Source of the DNA: Chloroflexota bacterium
Lineage (GTDB): Bacteria > Chloroflexota > Dehalococcoidia > SM23-28-2 > RBG-16-64-32
Assembly (NCBI GenBank): GCA_022564695.1
Contig: JADFKX010000001.1
Location: 1-40,771, forward strand
Length of the DNA stretch: 40,771 nt
Direction of reading: 5' to 3'
Below, one piece after another: positions 1 to 9,156 of the stretch; the stretch's first letter is position 1; each line of letters starts with the position of its first letter. Made by a program: the position numbers and the translations under genes. A model generated the notes under the pieces. The model saw only the letters and a list, made by a program, of their open reading frames with translations. It did no database searches and was not told the origin of the DNA.

Positions 1-63
1 TAGGACTGCATCAGAGGCCCTGGAAAGCTATTTGGTGTACATCTAGCGGAAGGAGGAAACGTC

Positions 64-105
64 ATGAGGTACGCGATTTACGTTCGCCTGAGCAAGAGCG
101 ACGCT
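64..105 (+). pseudogene. Possible orphan 5' end of a serine recombinase (resolvase / large serine integrase) gene
   Basis: GGAAGGAGG Shine-Dalgarno lies 7 nt before ATG(64). The first 13 codons, MRYAIYVRLSKSD, fit the N-terminal catalytic-serine motif of serine recombinases (e.g. ..Y.R.S...). After about codon 13 the frame runs into the repeat unit, becomes Pro/Ser-rich with no family resemblance, and stops at 252. Confidence 0.3.
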
Positions 106-245
106 GGGCGGGGCGGCTGTCAAACGCCCCTGCCACCCTCCCCCTCCGCGCTCTCCCGCACCCACCCTACACTAAACACAAACCTCTGCGTTCCATCTGC
201 GCTAACGTGTCCGCCTCAGGCGGATCTGCGGCCAATAAAAGGAGG
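73..245. repeat. Imperfect direct repeat, copy 1 (long form, carries a 19-nt hairpin insertion at 205-223)
   Basis: Shares these identical blocks in the same order with copy 2: GGCTGTCAAACGCC, TGCCACC, TCCCCCTCCGCGCTCTCCCGC, CCCACCCTACACTAAACAC, GTTCCATCTGCGCTAA, ATCTGCGGCCAA, AAAAGGAG. The leading CGCGATTTACGTTCGCCTGAGC resembles CGCGATTCTGCGCCTGGGC of copy 2. Confidence 0.8.
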
Positions 246-266
246 TTCGTAACGCCTCGCTGCCGG

Positions 267-401
267 CGCGATTCTGCGCCTGGGCTGGGCGGCTGTCAAA
301 CGCCGCGTGCCACCTCCCCCTCCGCGCTCTCCCGCGCCCACCCTACACTAAACACGTAATCTGTGTTCCATCTGCGCTAATCTGCGGCCAAAAAAAAGGA
401 G
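267..401. repeat. Imperfect direct repeat, copy 2 (short form)
   Basis: Same ordered identical blocks as copy 1. It ends in A8-GGAG, 7 nt before an ATG (409) whose ORF is antisense to nuoN and looks non-coding. Confidence 0.8.
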
Positions 402-590
402 CCCCACCATGTCCCAAGCCGTGCCCGCCTCAGGAAGAGTAGGTAGGCCTGTCGAAGGACCAAAAACAATCAAACACATCGCCCGCGCCCCAGATTCGGA
501 CCCGCCCCCCAAACGAGAACTTTTTCGGAAAATCAATCAGACGCCGGATACGCCCCGGCCAAATCAACCAACCGCCGGATGTGGCCCCCC

Positions 591-2075
591 CTACGGCGGC
601 GCCGTCACCGTGCCGAAGGCCTCGGACGCCGCCATCATCGCCACCGCCCCCTCCTCCACCAGGTCGAACACCGGCTGCGGGTACAGCCCCACCACAAACA
701 CCCCCGCTATCAGCAGCGTCAGCGCCCCGTACTCCAGCCAGGGCGTCGGGAAGCGGGTCGGCTCCGCCGGCTTCCCCAGGTACATCTCCTTGATCACGAT
801 CAGATAGTAGTACAGCGACACGAAGCTGAAGAACACCGCTATCGATGACAGCCACAGCAGCCCCTGCTCCGCCGCCGCCTGGAACAGGATGAACTTCGTC
901 GTGAACCCCGCGAACAGCGGCATCCCCGCCAGCGAGAAGAACGCTATGCTCAGCGTTAGCGCCAGGTACGGCGCCCGCTCCGCCGCCCCCGCGAAGTCCG
1001 ATATCTCCTCCTTGCCCGTCCAGTTGTAGTAGATGATAATCGCCACGAACACCGCCAGGTTGCTGACCACATACCCCACCAGGTGCAGCACCAGCGCGCT
1101 CGCCGCATCGGCGTTCTCCGGCGTCAGCGCCGCGATCCCCATCATCAGGAACCCCACCTGGCCAATGCTGGAGTAGGCCATCAGCCGCTTGATGTTTTTC
1201 TGCTGGATCGCCACCAACGTCCCCAGCGCCATCGTCATCGCCGATAGCACGGCGATGAACACCCGCCAATCGTCCACCAACGGGATGAACGCCTGTCCGA
1301 ACAGCTTCAGGAACAGGGCGAACCCCGCCGCCTTTCCCAGCGCTGAGATGAGCGCCGTGATCGGTAGCGGCGCCCCCTCGTAGGCATCCGGCGTCCACAT
1401 GTGGAACGGCACCACCGCCACCTTGAACCCCAGACCGGCGATTATCAGCACCAGCCCCAGGAACATCGCCATGTCGAAGCCCGCCGTGTCCCCGGACAGC
1501 GCCACCGCTATCTCGCTGAACCGCGTCGAGCCGCTGACACCGTAGATCATGCCGATCCCGTACAGGAATATCGCCGAAGAGAAGGCGCCCAGGAGCATGT
1601 ACTTCAGGCCGCCCTCGTTGGAGCGCAGGTCAAACTTGGCGTAAGACGTGAGGACGTACAGGCAAAAGCTCAGCAGCTCCAGCGAGATGTACGCCGTCAG
1701 CAGCTCGCTGGAGGCGGCCATCAGGTTGGCGCCCAGAACGCTAAGCAGGATGAGGCCGTAGTACTCGCCTGCGTGCAGCAGATTATCCTTCACGAAGCGG
1801 GCTGAGGCGACGCAGGCGAACACGCCGATGAGGCCAAAGAAGACGCGGAACAGCGCCGTGTAGTTATCGATATCGATGAGGTTGGCGAAGTTCGTGTCGT
1901 CGTTCACCCAGATGAGCGCGGTCAGCGCCGAGATGAGCGCGCCCGCCGCCGCCACGTACGCCAGCTGATCCTTTCGCAGCCGCCCCCAGAACAGATCCAG
2001 AAGCACCACCATGCCCGCCCAGCCGGCCAGGATGTACTCCGGCGTCAGGAGAGACCACTGGAGGTTAAGGTCCAC
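591..2075 (-). CDS. nuoN: NADH:quinone oxidoreductase subunit N (ND2-like antiporter subunit)
   Basis: 494-aa polytopic membrane protein with the FHMWTPDAYEGAP motif typical of NuoN. Last gene of the nuo operon; overlaps the nuoM stop by 11 nt. Confidence 0.93.
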   Translation of the reverse strand: MDLNLQWSLLTPEYILAGWAGMVVLLDLFWGRLRKDQLAYVAAAGALISALTALIWVNDDTNFANLIDIDNYTALFRVFFGLIGVFACVASARFVKDNLLHAGEYYGLILLSVLGANLMAASSELLTAYISLELLSFCLYVLTSYAKFDLRSNEGGLKYMLLGAFSSAIFLYGIGMIYGVSGSTRFSEIAVALSGDTAGFDMAMFLGLVLIIAGLGFKVAVVPFHMWTPDAYEGAPLPITALISALGKAAGFALFLKLFGQAFIPLVDDWRVFIAVLSAMTMALGTLVAIQQKNIKRLMAYSSIGQVGFLMMGIAALTPENADAASALVLHLVGYVVSNLAVFVAIIIYYNWTGKEEISDFAGAAERAPYLALTLSIAFFSLAGMPLFAGFTTKFILFQAAAEQGLLWLSSIAVFFSFVSLYYYLIVIKEMYLGKPAEPTRFPTPWLEYGALTLLIAGVFVVGLYPQPVFDLVEEGAVAMMAASEAFGTVTAPP

Positions 2076-3576
2076 TGGCTCCCACCCGAAGGATGAATTC
2101 CACGCTCTCGCTTATGCGGTCGATGAACGGCGCCGGCCAGACGCCCATGAAAATGATAAAGGCGATGAGCAGCGCCCCGCCAAACTGCTCGCCCCGGCGC
2201 ATCTCCTTCAGCCCGGCCCAGCGTTCGTTGAACGGGCCAAAGAACACCATCGCCAGCATGCGCAGAATGTAGGTGGCGGTGATGGCGGCGGCAAGGATGC
2301 CCAGGGCGCCCGCCCAGGGGTAGGTATTGAAAGCGCCCACGAAGATGTGGAACTCGGCGACGAACCCGGCCAGCCCCGGCAGGCCCAGGGATGACAGCCC
2401 GGCGATAGCGAAGAAGGCGGCCAGGCGCGGTGTCTTCTGGGCCAGCCCGCCGAACATCGTCATATCCCGTACGTGCGCCTGATCGTAAACGGCGCCCACC
2501 ATGGCGAACATGAGCGCCGTCATCACCCCATGGGCGAACATCTGGAGCACCGCCCCGTTGACGCCGATAGTGGTCAGCGTGGCCAACCCCATCAGCACAA
2601 AGCCCATGTGGCTCACGCTGGAGTAGCCCACCATGTACTTCAGGTCACGCTGCGCCATCGCTGAGATGGCGCCGTATAGCGCCCCCGTCACGCCCAGCGT
2701 CATCAGCACCGGCGCCCAGAACTGCGCCCCCTCCGGGAACAGCGTTATCGCTACCCGCAGGATACCGAAGGCGCCCAGCTTCATCAGGACGCCGGCGTGC
2801 AGCATGGACACGGCCGTTGGCGCCGCCACATGGCCATCGGGCGACCAGGTGTGGAAGGGCCACAGGCCGGCCAGAATCCCAAACCCAAGCGCGTATAAGG
2901 GGAAGACCACCTTCTGAAAGTTCTCGTCATAGGTGACGGCGCCCAGCACCGGCAGATCAAACGTGCCCTGGCCCGCTTCCATAAACGTCGCGAATATGCC
3001 GACAAAGATCAGTGCGCTGCCCCCCACCAGGTACAGCACCAGCTTCATCGCCGCGTACTCTTTGGGTCGGGTAAACGTGCCGAAGTGGCTGCTGGTGCCC
3101 CACACGGCGATCAGTAGGTACATCGGCAGCACCGCCACCTCGTAGAAGAAGAACAGGAAGAACAGGTCCAGCGACAGGAACACGCCGAATACGCCGCTGA
3201 CCAGCAGGAACAGCAGCACGAAATAGTCCTTGTTGCGGTAGTCGATGTTCCAGGAGATGAACACCCCGGCGAAGATGACGATGCCCGTCAGCAGCACCAT
3301 CGGCGCCGAGATCCCGTCCACCGCCAGGTGCAAGCTGATCCCGTCCTTGCCCAAGAATGCCACGTTCTCCAGCCATGCCAACTGCAGATCGAACCGAAAG
3401 CCGCTGCCGCCCTCGAACTCGTACTTGACGAACACCAGCACCGACAGCGCGAACATGGCGAACCCGGACACCAGCGCTACGTTGCGCACAAGCTGCGGAT
3501 AGCGCGAGGGTATGAGCATGAACACCAGCACAGCCCCTATCGGGATGGCTATCAGCGCTAGCAGCACCCAGTCCAT
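2065..3576 (-). CDS. nuoM: NADH:quinone oxidoreductase subunit M (ND4-like)
   Basis: 503 aa, multi-TM. The FHTWSPDGHVAAPTAVSMLHAGVLMKLG motif is characteristic of NuoM. Operon context. Confidence 0.93.
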   Translation of the reverse strand: MDWVLLALIAIPIGAVLVFMLIPSRYPQLVRNVALVSGFAMFALSVLVFVKYEFEGGSGFRFDLQLAWLENVAFLGKDGISLHLAVDGISAPMVLLTGIVIFAGVFISWNIDYRNKDYFVLLFLLVSGVFGVFLSLDLFFLFFFYEVAVLPMYLLIAVWGTSSHFGTFTRPKEYAAMKLVLYLVGGSALIFVGIFATFMEAGQGTFDLPVLGAVTYDENFQKVVFPLYALGFGILAGLWPFHTWSPDGHVAAPTAVSMLHAGVLMKLGAFGILRVAITLFPEGAQFWAPVLMTLGVTGALYGAISAMAQRDLKYMVGYSSVSHMGFVLMGLATLTTIGVNGAVLQMFAHGVMTALMFAMVGAVYDQAHVRDMTMFGGLAQKTPRLAAFFAIAGLSSLGLPGLAGFVAEFHIFVGAFNTYPWAGALGILAAAITATYILRMLAMVFFGPFNERWAGLKEMRRGEQFGGALLIAFIIFMGVWPAPFIDRISESVEFILRVGASGP

Positions 3577-3579
3577 CGC

Positions 3580-5496
3580 CTACACCCGCACCGCCATGAA
3601 CACAATCGCCAGGACGATCACGCCGGTGACGATCGCCAGGGCATAGTTTGGCAGCTTACCCGTCTCCAGAAACTTCATCCCGTACCCGGCTAACACGCCC
3701 AGGCCGGCCGAGCCATCCACACCCGTATCGTTAACCACGTTACGGTCGAACCAGGCGAGCACCCCGCCGGCGGCCAGTACCACCCGGTCAATCGTCCACT
3801 GGTATATATCGTCCATGTAGAACTTGCGCTTCAGTATCTTGTATGCGGGCCGGAAAAGCTCTCCCGCCCGGCGGGCCGGCTCCGCCTCGCCCGACCAGAA
3901 GTAGAAACCTCCGACCAAGCCAGCCACCGCCGACAGCGTCGACAGGACCGCCACGTCCCAGGGGAAATGGAACGCCTCCGGCCCCTCCAGGAAAACGAAC
4001 TCCCCTATGCCGCCGGGGAAGCCCAGCGCCTCTCCCACCCCGTCGAAGACGACGAAGCCCGCCAGCACTGTTAACCCGGCCAGCAGGAGAAGGGGCAGAG
4101 TCATTACCGGCTCCGCGTCGTGGGCGTGCTGGTGCGCCTCGCGGTCACCCGGCTCTCCCAGGAAGGTAAGAATAACCACGCGCGTCATGTACAGAGCGGT
4201 TATGAATACGCTGAGCATCAGGAACCCGTACACGACAAAGTTCTGGCTATCACCGACGACGTTGAGGATCTCGTCCTTAGCCCAGAAGCCGGCTAACGGA
4301 ACGATTCCCGCCATAGATAGCGCCCCCACAGCGAACACCGCCGCCGTCACCGGCATCCGCCTCGCCAGGCCACCCAGATCGCTCAACTCCTGCCGATCAG
4401 TAGCGTGGATCACTGACCCTGCGGCCAGGAAGAGGAGCGCCTTGAAGAAGCCGTGAGCGAACAGGTAGAGCATCGCCGCCGATACGGAGAGTGAGCCCAG
4501 CGCCACCATCATCAGCCCCAGGCTGTTGATGGTGGAGTAGGCGATCACCCGCTTGAGGTCCGTGGCTACCAACCCCATCGTGGCGGACATCATCACCGTT
4601 GTCAGGCCGACGGCGGTGATGATGTTGAGCGCTATCGGGTCGGCGACCACGAACAGCGGCATCAGGCGCGCCACCAGGTACACCCCGGCCACCACCATGG
4701 TGGCGGCATGAATGAGCGCGGAGACCGGCGTTGGGCCCTCCATGGCATCCGGCAACCACACATGCAAGGGGAACTGGGCCGACTTTCCTACCGCGCCGGC
4801 GAACAGGAACAGCACCGCCGTCGTCAGGTACGCGGTGCTGTAGCCGCCAGCCTCAGCAAACTCGAATATCTCCGATATGTCGAAGGTGCCGGCCTCGCGC
4901 CAGAGCAGGATGATGCCGATGAGCAGCCCCACATCGCCGATGCGCGTAGTGATGAACGCCTTCTTCGCCGCCTCGGCGGCGGAGCGCTTCTCGTGCCAGA
5001 AGCCTATGAGCAGGTAGGAGCCGAAGCCCACACCCTCCCAGGCCGCATACAGCAGCAGGAAGTTGTCCGCCAGCACCAGGGCGAGCATCGCCGCCGCGAA
5101 CATCGATATCGCGGCGAAGTACCAGCCGTAGCGCGGGTCGTCCTTCATGTAGCCGGTGGAGTACACCATCACCATGAGGGTGACGAACGTCACCACGGCC
5201 AGCATCACCACGGCCAACTGGTCCACGAAGAAGCCCAGCCGCAGCTCGAACTCCAACCCCGAGGGCAGGTCGAACCGCACCCACTCGATACTGGACGTGA
5301 CGCCCACGAAATCCGGTTTGCCCACCTCCCCCAGGAGGTCGATGAGCACCGCGAAGAAGAGGACGAAGGCCGCCGCCATGGCGCCTATCGCCAGCCAGTC
5401 GCCACGGCGGGGAAGGTACTTGCCGACCAGGAGGAGGATGACGAATGCGGCGGCCGGTATCGCCGGTATGAGCCAGGCTTCCCCCATGCCTACCAT
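3580..5496 (-). CDS. nuoL: NADH:quinone oxidoreductase subunit L (ND5-like)
   Basis: 638 aa with the PLHVWLPDAMEGPTPVSALIHAATMV motif and a long C-terminal lateral-helix region. Two candidate ATG starts exist (5496, overlapping the nuoK stop, or 5487). Confidence 0.93.
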   Translation of the reverse strand: MVGMGEAWLIPAIPAAAFVILLLVGKYLPRRGDWLAIGAMAAAFVLFFAVLIDLLGEVGKPDFVGVTSSIEWVRFDLPSGLEFELRLGFFVDQLAVVMLAVVTFVTLMVMVYSTGYMKDDPRYGWYFAAISMFAAAMLALVLADNFLLLYAAWEGVGFGSYLLIGFWHEKRSAAEAAKKAFITTRIGDVGLLIGIILLWREAGTFDISEIFEFAEAGGYSTAYLTTAVLFLFAGAVGKSAQFPLHVWLPDAMEGPTPVSALIHAATMVVAGVYLVARLMPLFVVADPIALNIITAVGLTTVMMSATMGLVATDLKRVIAYSTINSLGLMMVALGSLSVSAAMLYLFAHGFFKALLFLAAGSVIHATDRQELSDLGGLARRMPVTAAVFAVGALSMAGIVPLAGFWAKDEILNVVGDSQNFVVYGFLMLSVFITALYMTRVVILTFLGEPGDREAHQHAHDAEPVMTLPLLLLAGLTVLAGFVVFDGVGEALGFPGGIGEFVFLEGPEAFHFPWDVAVLSTLSAVAGLVGGFYFWSGEAEPARRAGELFRPAYKILKRKFYMDDIYQWTIDRVVLAAGGVLAWFDRNVVNDTGVDGSAGLGVLAGYGMKFLETGKLPNYALAIVTGVIVLAIVFMAVRV

Positions 5497-5798
5497 TTCA
5501 GCATGTCCACTTCGTCCACGTTGGACGTGCCCTTGTTGCGGAAGATACGCAGGATTATGCCCAGGGCAAGCCCGACCTCAGCGGCGGCGATGGTTATCAC
5601 GAAGATGGCGAAGATGAGGCCGGTGAACTGCTCCGGGTACAGGTACACCGCAAAGGCGATGAAGTTGATGCTCACCGCCTGCAGCATTAGCTCCACCGAC
5701 ATGATGATGAGCACAGCGTTGCGTCGCGCCAGCACACCGTATATCCCAATCGAGAACAGGATGCTGCTGAGCACCAGGAAGTTCTCAATCGGGATCAT
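5490..5798 (-). CDS. nuoK: NADH:quinone oxidoreductase subunit K (ND4L-like)
   Basis: 102-aa protein with 3 TM segments. ATGA overlap with the nuoJ stop. Position between J and L. Confidence 0.9.
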   Translation of the reverse strand: MIPIENFLVLSSILFSIGIYGVLARRNAVLIIMSVELMLQAVSINFIAFAVYLYPEQFTGLIFAIFVITIAAAEVGLALGIILRIFRNKGTSNVDEVDMLKW

Positions 5799-6292
5799 TC
5801 GCCCTCCTCGCCGCGGGCCAGGACGATCGCGCCTATGAGCGCCACCAACAGCACCAGCGACGCCACCTCGAACGGCACCGCCCAGTCGCGGAACAGCGCC
5901 TCGCCCATCTCGCGGAACGGCACGACGGTTATCTCCCTCGTCTCGCCCGGCCAGTCGGAGGACAGCGCCGCCAGGACGGACAGCACCAGGAAGGCGCCGG
6001 CGGCGAGGGCGGCGAACGGCCGTTGCGGCCCGTCCAACGCCTGCGGCATATCCCGCACGCGGGTCAGCATCATGACGAACAGGATAAGGATGGTCACCGC
6101 GCCCCCGTATATCAGGATCTGGACGATCGCCAGGAACTCCGCGGAGAGCAGAATGAAAACGCCCGCCACCGCCAGCAGAGCGAGGATGAGGAACAGTGCG
6201 GAGTGGACGACGTTACGGGTGAGAACCACCCCCAGAGCGCCAAGGACGGTCACTGCGGCCACGAAATAGAATATGACCTCTTCGTAGCTCAT
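5795..6292 (-). CDS. nuoJ: NADH:quinone oxidoreductase subunit J (ND6-like)
   Basis: 165-aa hydrophobic protein at the conserved operon position between nuoI and nuoK. Confidence 0.88.
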   Translation of the reverse strand: MSYEEVIFYFVAAVTVLGALGVVLTRNVVHSALFLILALLAVAGVFILLSAEFLAIVQILIYGGAVTILILFVMMLTRVRDMPQALDGPQRPFAALAAGAFLVLSVLAALSSDWPGETREITVVPFREMGEALFRDWAVPFEVASLVLLVALIGAIVLARGEEGE

Positions 6293-6325
6293 AGGGCTAG
6301 CGCCGTCTCAACGACAACTCTGCGT

Positions 6326-6883
6326 CTACTCCTCTCCACTCTCCTCTTTGGCCGCCACCTCCTCCTTTTCCTCCTCCGAGCGTACCTTGGGCGTCCAGCC
6401 GGAGTGGGCTACACCCATCGGCTCGCGGAACGGGTCCTTCAATTCGCCGGATTTGGACTGAACCATCAGCTGGTCCACGTCCAGCACCAGGTCGTGGCGG
6501 TCGTAGCGAGCAAGCTCCACGCCTTCCCAGGTGTTGTTCATCACAATGGCGTCAAAGTTGCAGACCTCAACACAGATGTCGCAGCGCATGCAGCGCGCGT
6601 AATCGATGTAGAACTTGTCCACAATCTTCTTGCGCTTGCTCTTCCCCTCCGCGTACAGCGGGTTATCCTTCATCGTCACCGTCATGCAGTCCACCGGGCA
6701 GTAGCGGGCGCAGACCTGGCAGCCGGTGCAGAACGGCTCCTCCACGTCGAAGTCCCAGAGGAGGACGGGCAGCCCGCGCGAACGGTGCGGAAGCTCCTTC
6801 TTAACCGAGGGGTACTGCACAGTAACGGGCTTACGCAGCGCCGTCGAGATAGTCGTCTTTATCGCCTTCAACAGTCCCAGCAT
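6326..6883 (-). CDS. nuoI: NADH:quinone oxidoreductase subunit I (2x[4Fe-4S] ferredoxin-like)
   Basis: Two CxxCxxCxxxCP-type motifs (CTGCQVCARYCP, CMRCDICVEVCN). 185 aa with an acidic C-terminal tail (EEEKEEVAAKEESGEE). Confidence 0.92.
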   Translation of the reverse strand: MLGLLKAIKTTISTALRKPVTVQYPSVKKELPHRSRGLPVLLWDFDVEEPFCTGCQVCARYCPVDCMTVTMKDNPLYAEGKSKRKKIVDKFYIDYARCMRCDICVEVCNFDAIVMNNTWEGVELARYDRHDLVLDVDQLMVQSKSGELKDPFREPMGVAHSGWTPKVRSEEEKEEVAAKEESGEE

Positions 6884-8014
6884 CTACAACACGCTCCCAA
6901 CTCTATGTAATCGAGGCGAGACCGGCTCTTCGGCCGCCTGCCGCGCCGCCCGATAAGTGAGATAGCCCGCCACCAGCGTGAGCGCCCCGGACGAGACGCC
7001 CAGCGTCCAGTCCGGCCAGCCGTAAACGAGCACCCAGCCGTTGATTATTATCTGCAGGAGGGCGAAGGGCAACAGCACCTGCCAGCAGAACTGCATCATC
7101 TGGTCAATGCGCAGGCGCGGCAGGCTGAACCGCAGCCATATGAAGAGCAGGATAAAGAATGAGGTCTTGACTAAGATCAGCGGTATCTGCAGGGCGATCC
7201 CCGCCCCGTTGCCCAGCGGCCAGTTCCAGCCGCCCAGGAAGAGCAGCGCCGCCAGCACCGAGATGAGCACCATGCTCACGAACTCCGCCATCTGGAACAT
7301 CGACCAGCGGATGCCGGAGTATTCGATGAACGGCCCGCCCACCACCTCGGACTCCGCCACCGGTATGTCGAACGGCTGCCGGTACAGCTCCGCCAGGCCG
7401 GCTACCAGGAAGATGAAGAACGCCAGCGGCTGCCAGACGATGAACGGCACCCGCCCCTGCCCATCAACGATCTCGACCAGGTTGAGGGATCCCCGGCCCG
7501 CTTCTGGCGTATACGCGATCATCGCCACGGCCACCACAGCCAGCACTAGCGGTATCTCGTAACTGATGAGCTGGGCGGCCGCGCGCGCCCCGCCTAGAAG
7601 GGCATACTTGTTGTCCGAGCCCCAGCCCGCCATCACGAACCCCACTATCGACACCCCGGACACAGCGATGATGAAGAACAACCCTAGCCCCAGGTTGCGC
7701 ACGAACAGGTCGGCGGTGAAGGGCAGCGTCACGAAGGCCAGAAACACCGGCACCACCACCACGAACGGCGCCAGCTCAAACGTCCAGCGGTCGGCGGTCT
7801 GCGGCCGCAGGTCCTCCTTGGTGAGCAGCTTGATGGTGTCCGCCAGCCCCTGAAACAGGCCGTACGGCCCCACACGCATCGGCCCCAGCCGCTGCTGCAT
7901 CCTTCCCGATATCTTACGCTCCACGTAGGTGAGGATGATGACGGCCAGCGGCATCGCCAGCGCGATGATGCCCATGCGGACTAGGCCGTCCAGCCAGGGG
8001 TTGTCAGCGATCAA
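6884..8014 (-). CDS. nuoH: NADH:quinone oxidoreductase subunit H (ND1-like)
   Basis: 376-aa membrane protein with the N-terminal ERKISGRMQQRLGP motif. TTG start forms a TTGA overlap with the nuoD stop. Confidence 0.92.
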   Translation of the reverse strand: MIADNPWLDGLVRMGIIALAMPLAVIILTYVERKISGRMQQRLGPMRVGPYGLFQGLADTIKLLTKEDLRPQTADRWTFELAPFVVVVPVFLAFVTLPFTADLFVRNLGLGLFFIIAVSGVSIVGFVMAGWGSDNKYALLGGARAAAQLISYEIPLVLAVVAVAMIAYTPEAGRGSLNLVEIVDGQGRVPFIVWQPLAFFIFLVAGLAELYRQPFDIPVAESEVVGGPFIEYSGIRWSMFQMAEFVSMVLISVLAALLFLGGWNWPLGNGAGIALQIPLILVKTSFFILLFIWLRFSLPRLRIDQMMQFCWQVLLPFALLQIIINGWVLVYGWPDWTLGVSSGALTLVAGYLTYRAARQAAEEPVSPRLHRVGSVL

Positions 8015-9147
8015 CGGTCCACCTCGCAGAGGACGATGTCGATGGAGCCCAGGGTGATGATCGTGTCGGCGACGTAGCTGCCGATGCTCATCGCCCTAAG
8101 CGCCGAAAGGTTGGAGAAGGCGGGGGAGCGGATCTTCAGCCGGTAAGGCTTGTCGCCGCCCTTAGATATCAGGTAGATGCCGTACTCCCCCCGGGGCGTC
8201 TCGTTGCGCATGTACACTTCGCCCTCAGGCAGGCGCAGCGTTCGCTTCAGCCCCTCGGCCATGATCGGCCCTTCCGGCATCCCCTCCAGCGCCTGCTCTA
8301 CGATGCGGACCGACTGGCGCATCTCCTCCAGGCGGACCAGGTAACGGTCGTAAACGTCGCCCCGTGTGCCCGTTGGGATGTCGAACTCAAACCGGTCGTA
8401 GATGCAATAGGGCTCGGCGCGGCGCAGGTCGTGCGCCAAGCCCGTGGCCCGCAGCATCGGCCCCGTCATGCCCCAGTTGATGGCGTCTTCCGGCGTCACC
8501 GGACCGAGACCACGACAACGGGCGATGATCACCTCGTTGTCCGTCATCAAGCCGTCTATATCTCCGATACCCTTGCGTACAGCGCCCAGGATCTCACGGC
8601 AGCGCTCGCGGAAGTCATTCGGCACATCCCAGGCCACACCGCCGGCGCGGAAGTAGGCGTACATCATCCGCTCCCCGGTGACCTCCTCAAACAGGTCCTG
8701 GATAATTTCCCGATCGCGGAACGTATACATGAAGGCCGTACCGAATACGCCGATGTCCGTGCCGAAGGCGCCCATAAACATGTAGTGGCTGGCGATGCGG
8801 TTCAGCTCCGCCAGGATGACGCGGATGTAATTGGCTCGCTCCGGCGGTTCGATGCCGGCCAGCTTCTCCAGGGCCAGCACGTAGCAGAGCTCGGTGTTGA
8901 ACTGGGCCAGGTAATCGGTGCGGTCCTGGTAGCCGATAGCCTGGCGGTAGTCGCAGTTCTCGGACAGCTTCTCAGCGCCGCGGTGCATGTAGCCGATGAT
9001 CGGGTCCACGTCCACCACCTGCTCGCCATCGACGGTGAGCACCATCCGGAACACGCCGTGGGTAGCGGGGTGCTGCGGCCCCACGTTGACGTTGATGTCT
9101 ATCGTCTCCAGGTCTTTCCCCGGCGTGACGCGGTACTCCGTAGTCAT
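8011..9147 (-). CDS. nuoD: NADH:quinone oxidoreductase subunit D (49-kDa subunit)
   Basis: 378 aa with GPQHPATHGVFR near the N-terminus and a conserved C-terminal ...DIVLCEVDR. Followed directly by nuoH. Confidence 0.94.
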   Translation of the reverse strand: MTTEYRVTPGKDLETIDINVNVGPQHPATHGVFRMVLTVDGEQVVDVDPIIGYMHRGAEKLSENCDYRQAIGYQDRTDYLAQFNTELCYVLALEKLAGIEPPERANYIRVILAELNRIASHYMFMGAFGTDIGVFGTAFMYTFRDREIIQDLFEEVTGERMMYAYFRAGGVAWDVPNDFRERCREILGAVRKGIGDIDGLMTDNEVIIARCRGLGPVTPEDAINWGMTGPMLRATGLAHDLRRAEPYCIYDRFEFDIPTGTRGDVYDRYLVRLEEMRQSVRIVEQALEGMPEGPIMAEGLKRTLRLPEGEVYMRNETPRGEYGIYLISKGGDKPYRLKIRSPAFSNLSALRAMSIGSYVADTIITLGSIDIVLCEVDR

Positions 9148-9156
9148 GGCTGCCGC

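Noticed and set aside
64-252. The 62-aa ORF as an intact gene.
   Set aside because: Only the first ~13 codons look like a real protein (serine recombinase N-terminus). The rest is repeat-derived Pro/Ser-rich sequence. It is kept only as a possible gene remnant.
543-559. Possible intrinsic terminator after nuoN (minus strand GCCGG-GGCGTAT-CCGGC followed by GTCTGATTGATTTT).
   Set aside because: The stem is only 5 bp and the T-rich tract is interrupted, which is too weak to call. The minus-strand T8 run at 390-397 is not preceded by a convincing stem either.
409-807. ORF with a perfect AAGGAG-N7-ATG start at the end of repeat copy 2.
   Set aside because: Two thirds of it is antisense to the nuoN 3' end, and the product is Pro/Ser/Thr/Ala-rich low complexity. 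The SD-like string is part of the repeat unit (it also ends copy 1), so it is not specific evidence for translation.
430-1398. Long alternative-frame and antisense ORFs inside real genes. Examples: 430..1398(-), 4708..5838(+), 6023..6910(+), 8431..9600(+), 12341..13747(+), 14176..15003(+), 23040..23867(+), 36855..37832(-), 38900..39931(-).
   Set aside because: These are typical shadow ORFs of a GC-rich genome. Their products are Arg/Gly/Ala/Pro/His-rich low-complexity strings with no family resemblance. Each lies fully inside a gene whose product has unambiguous conserved motifs.
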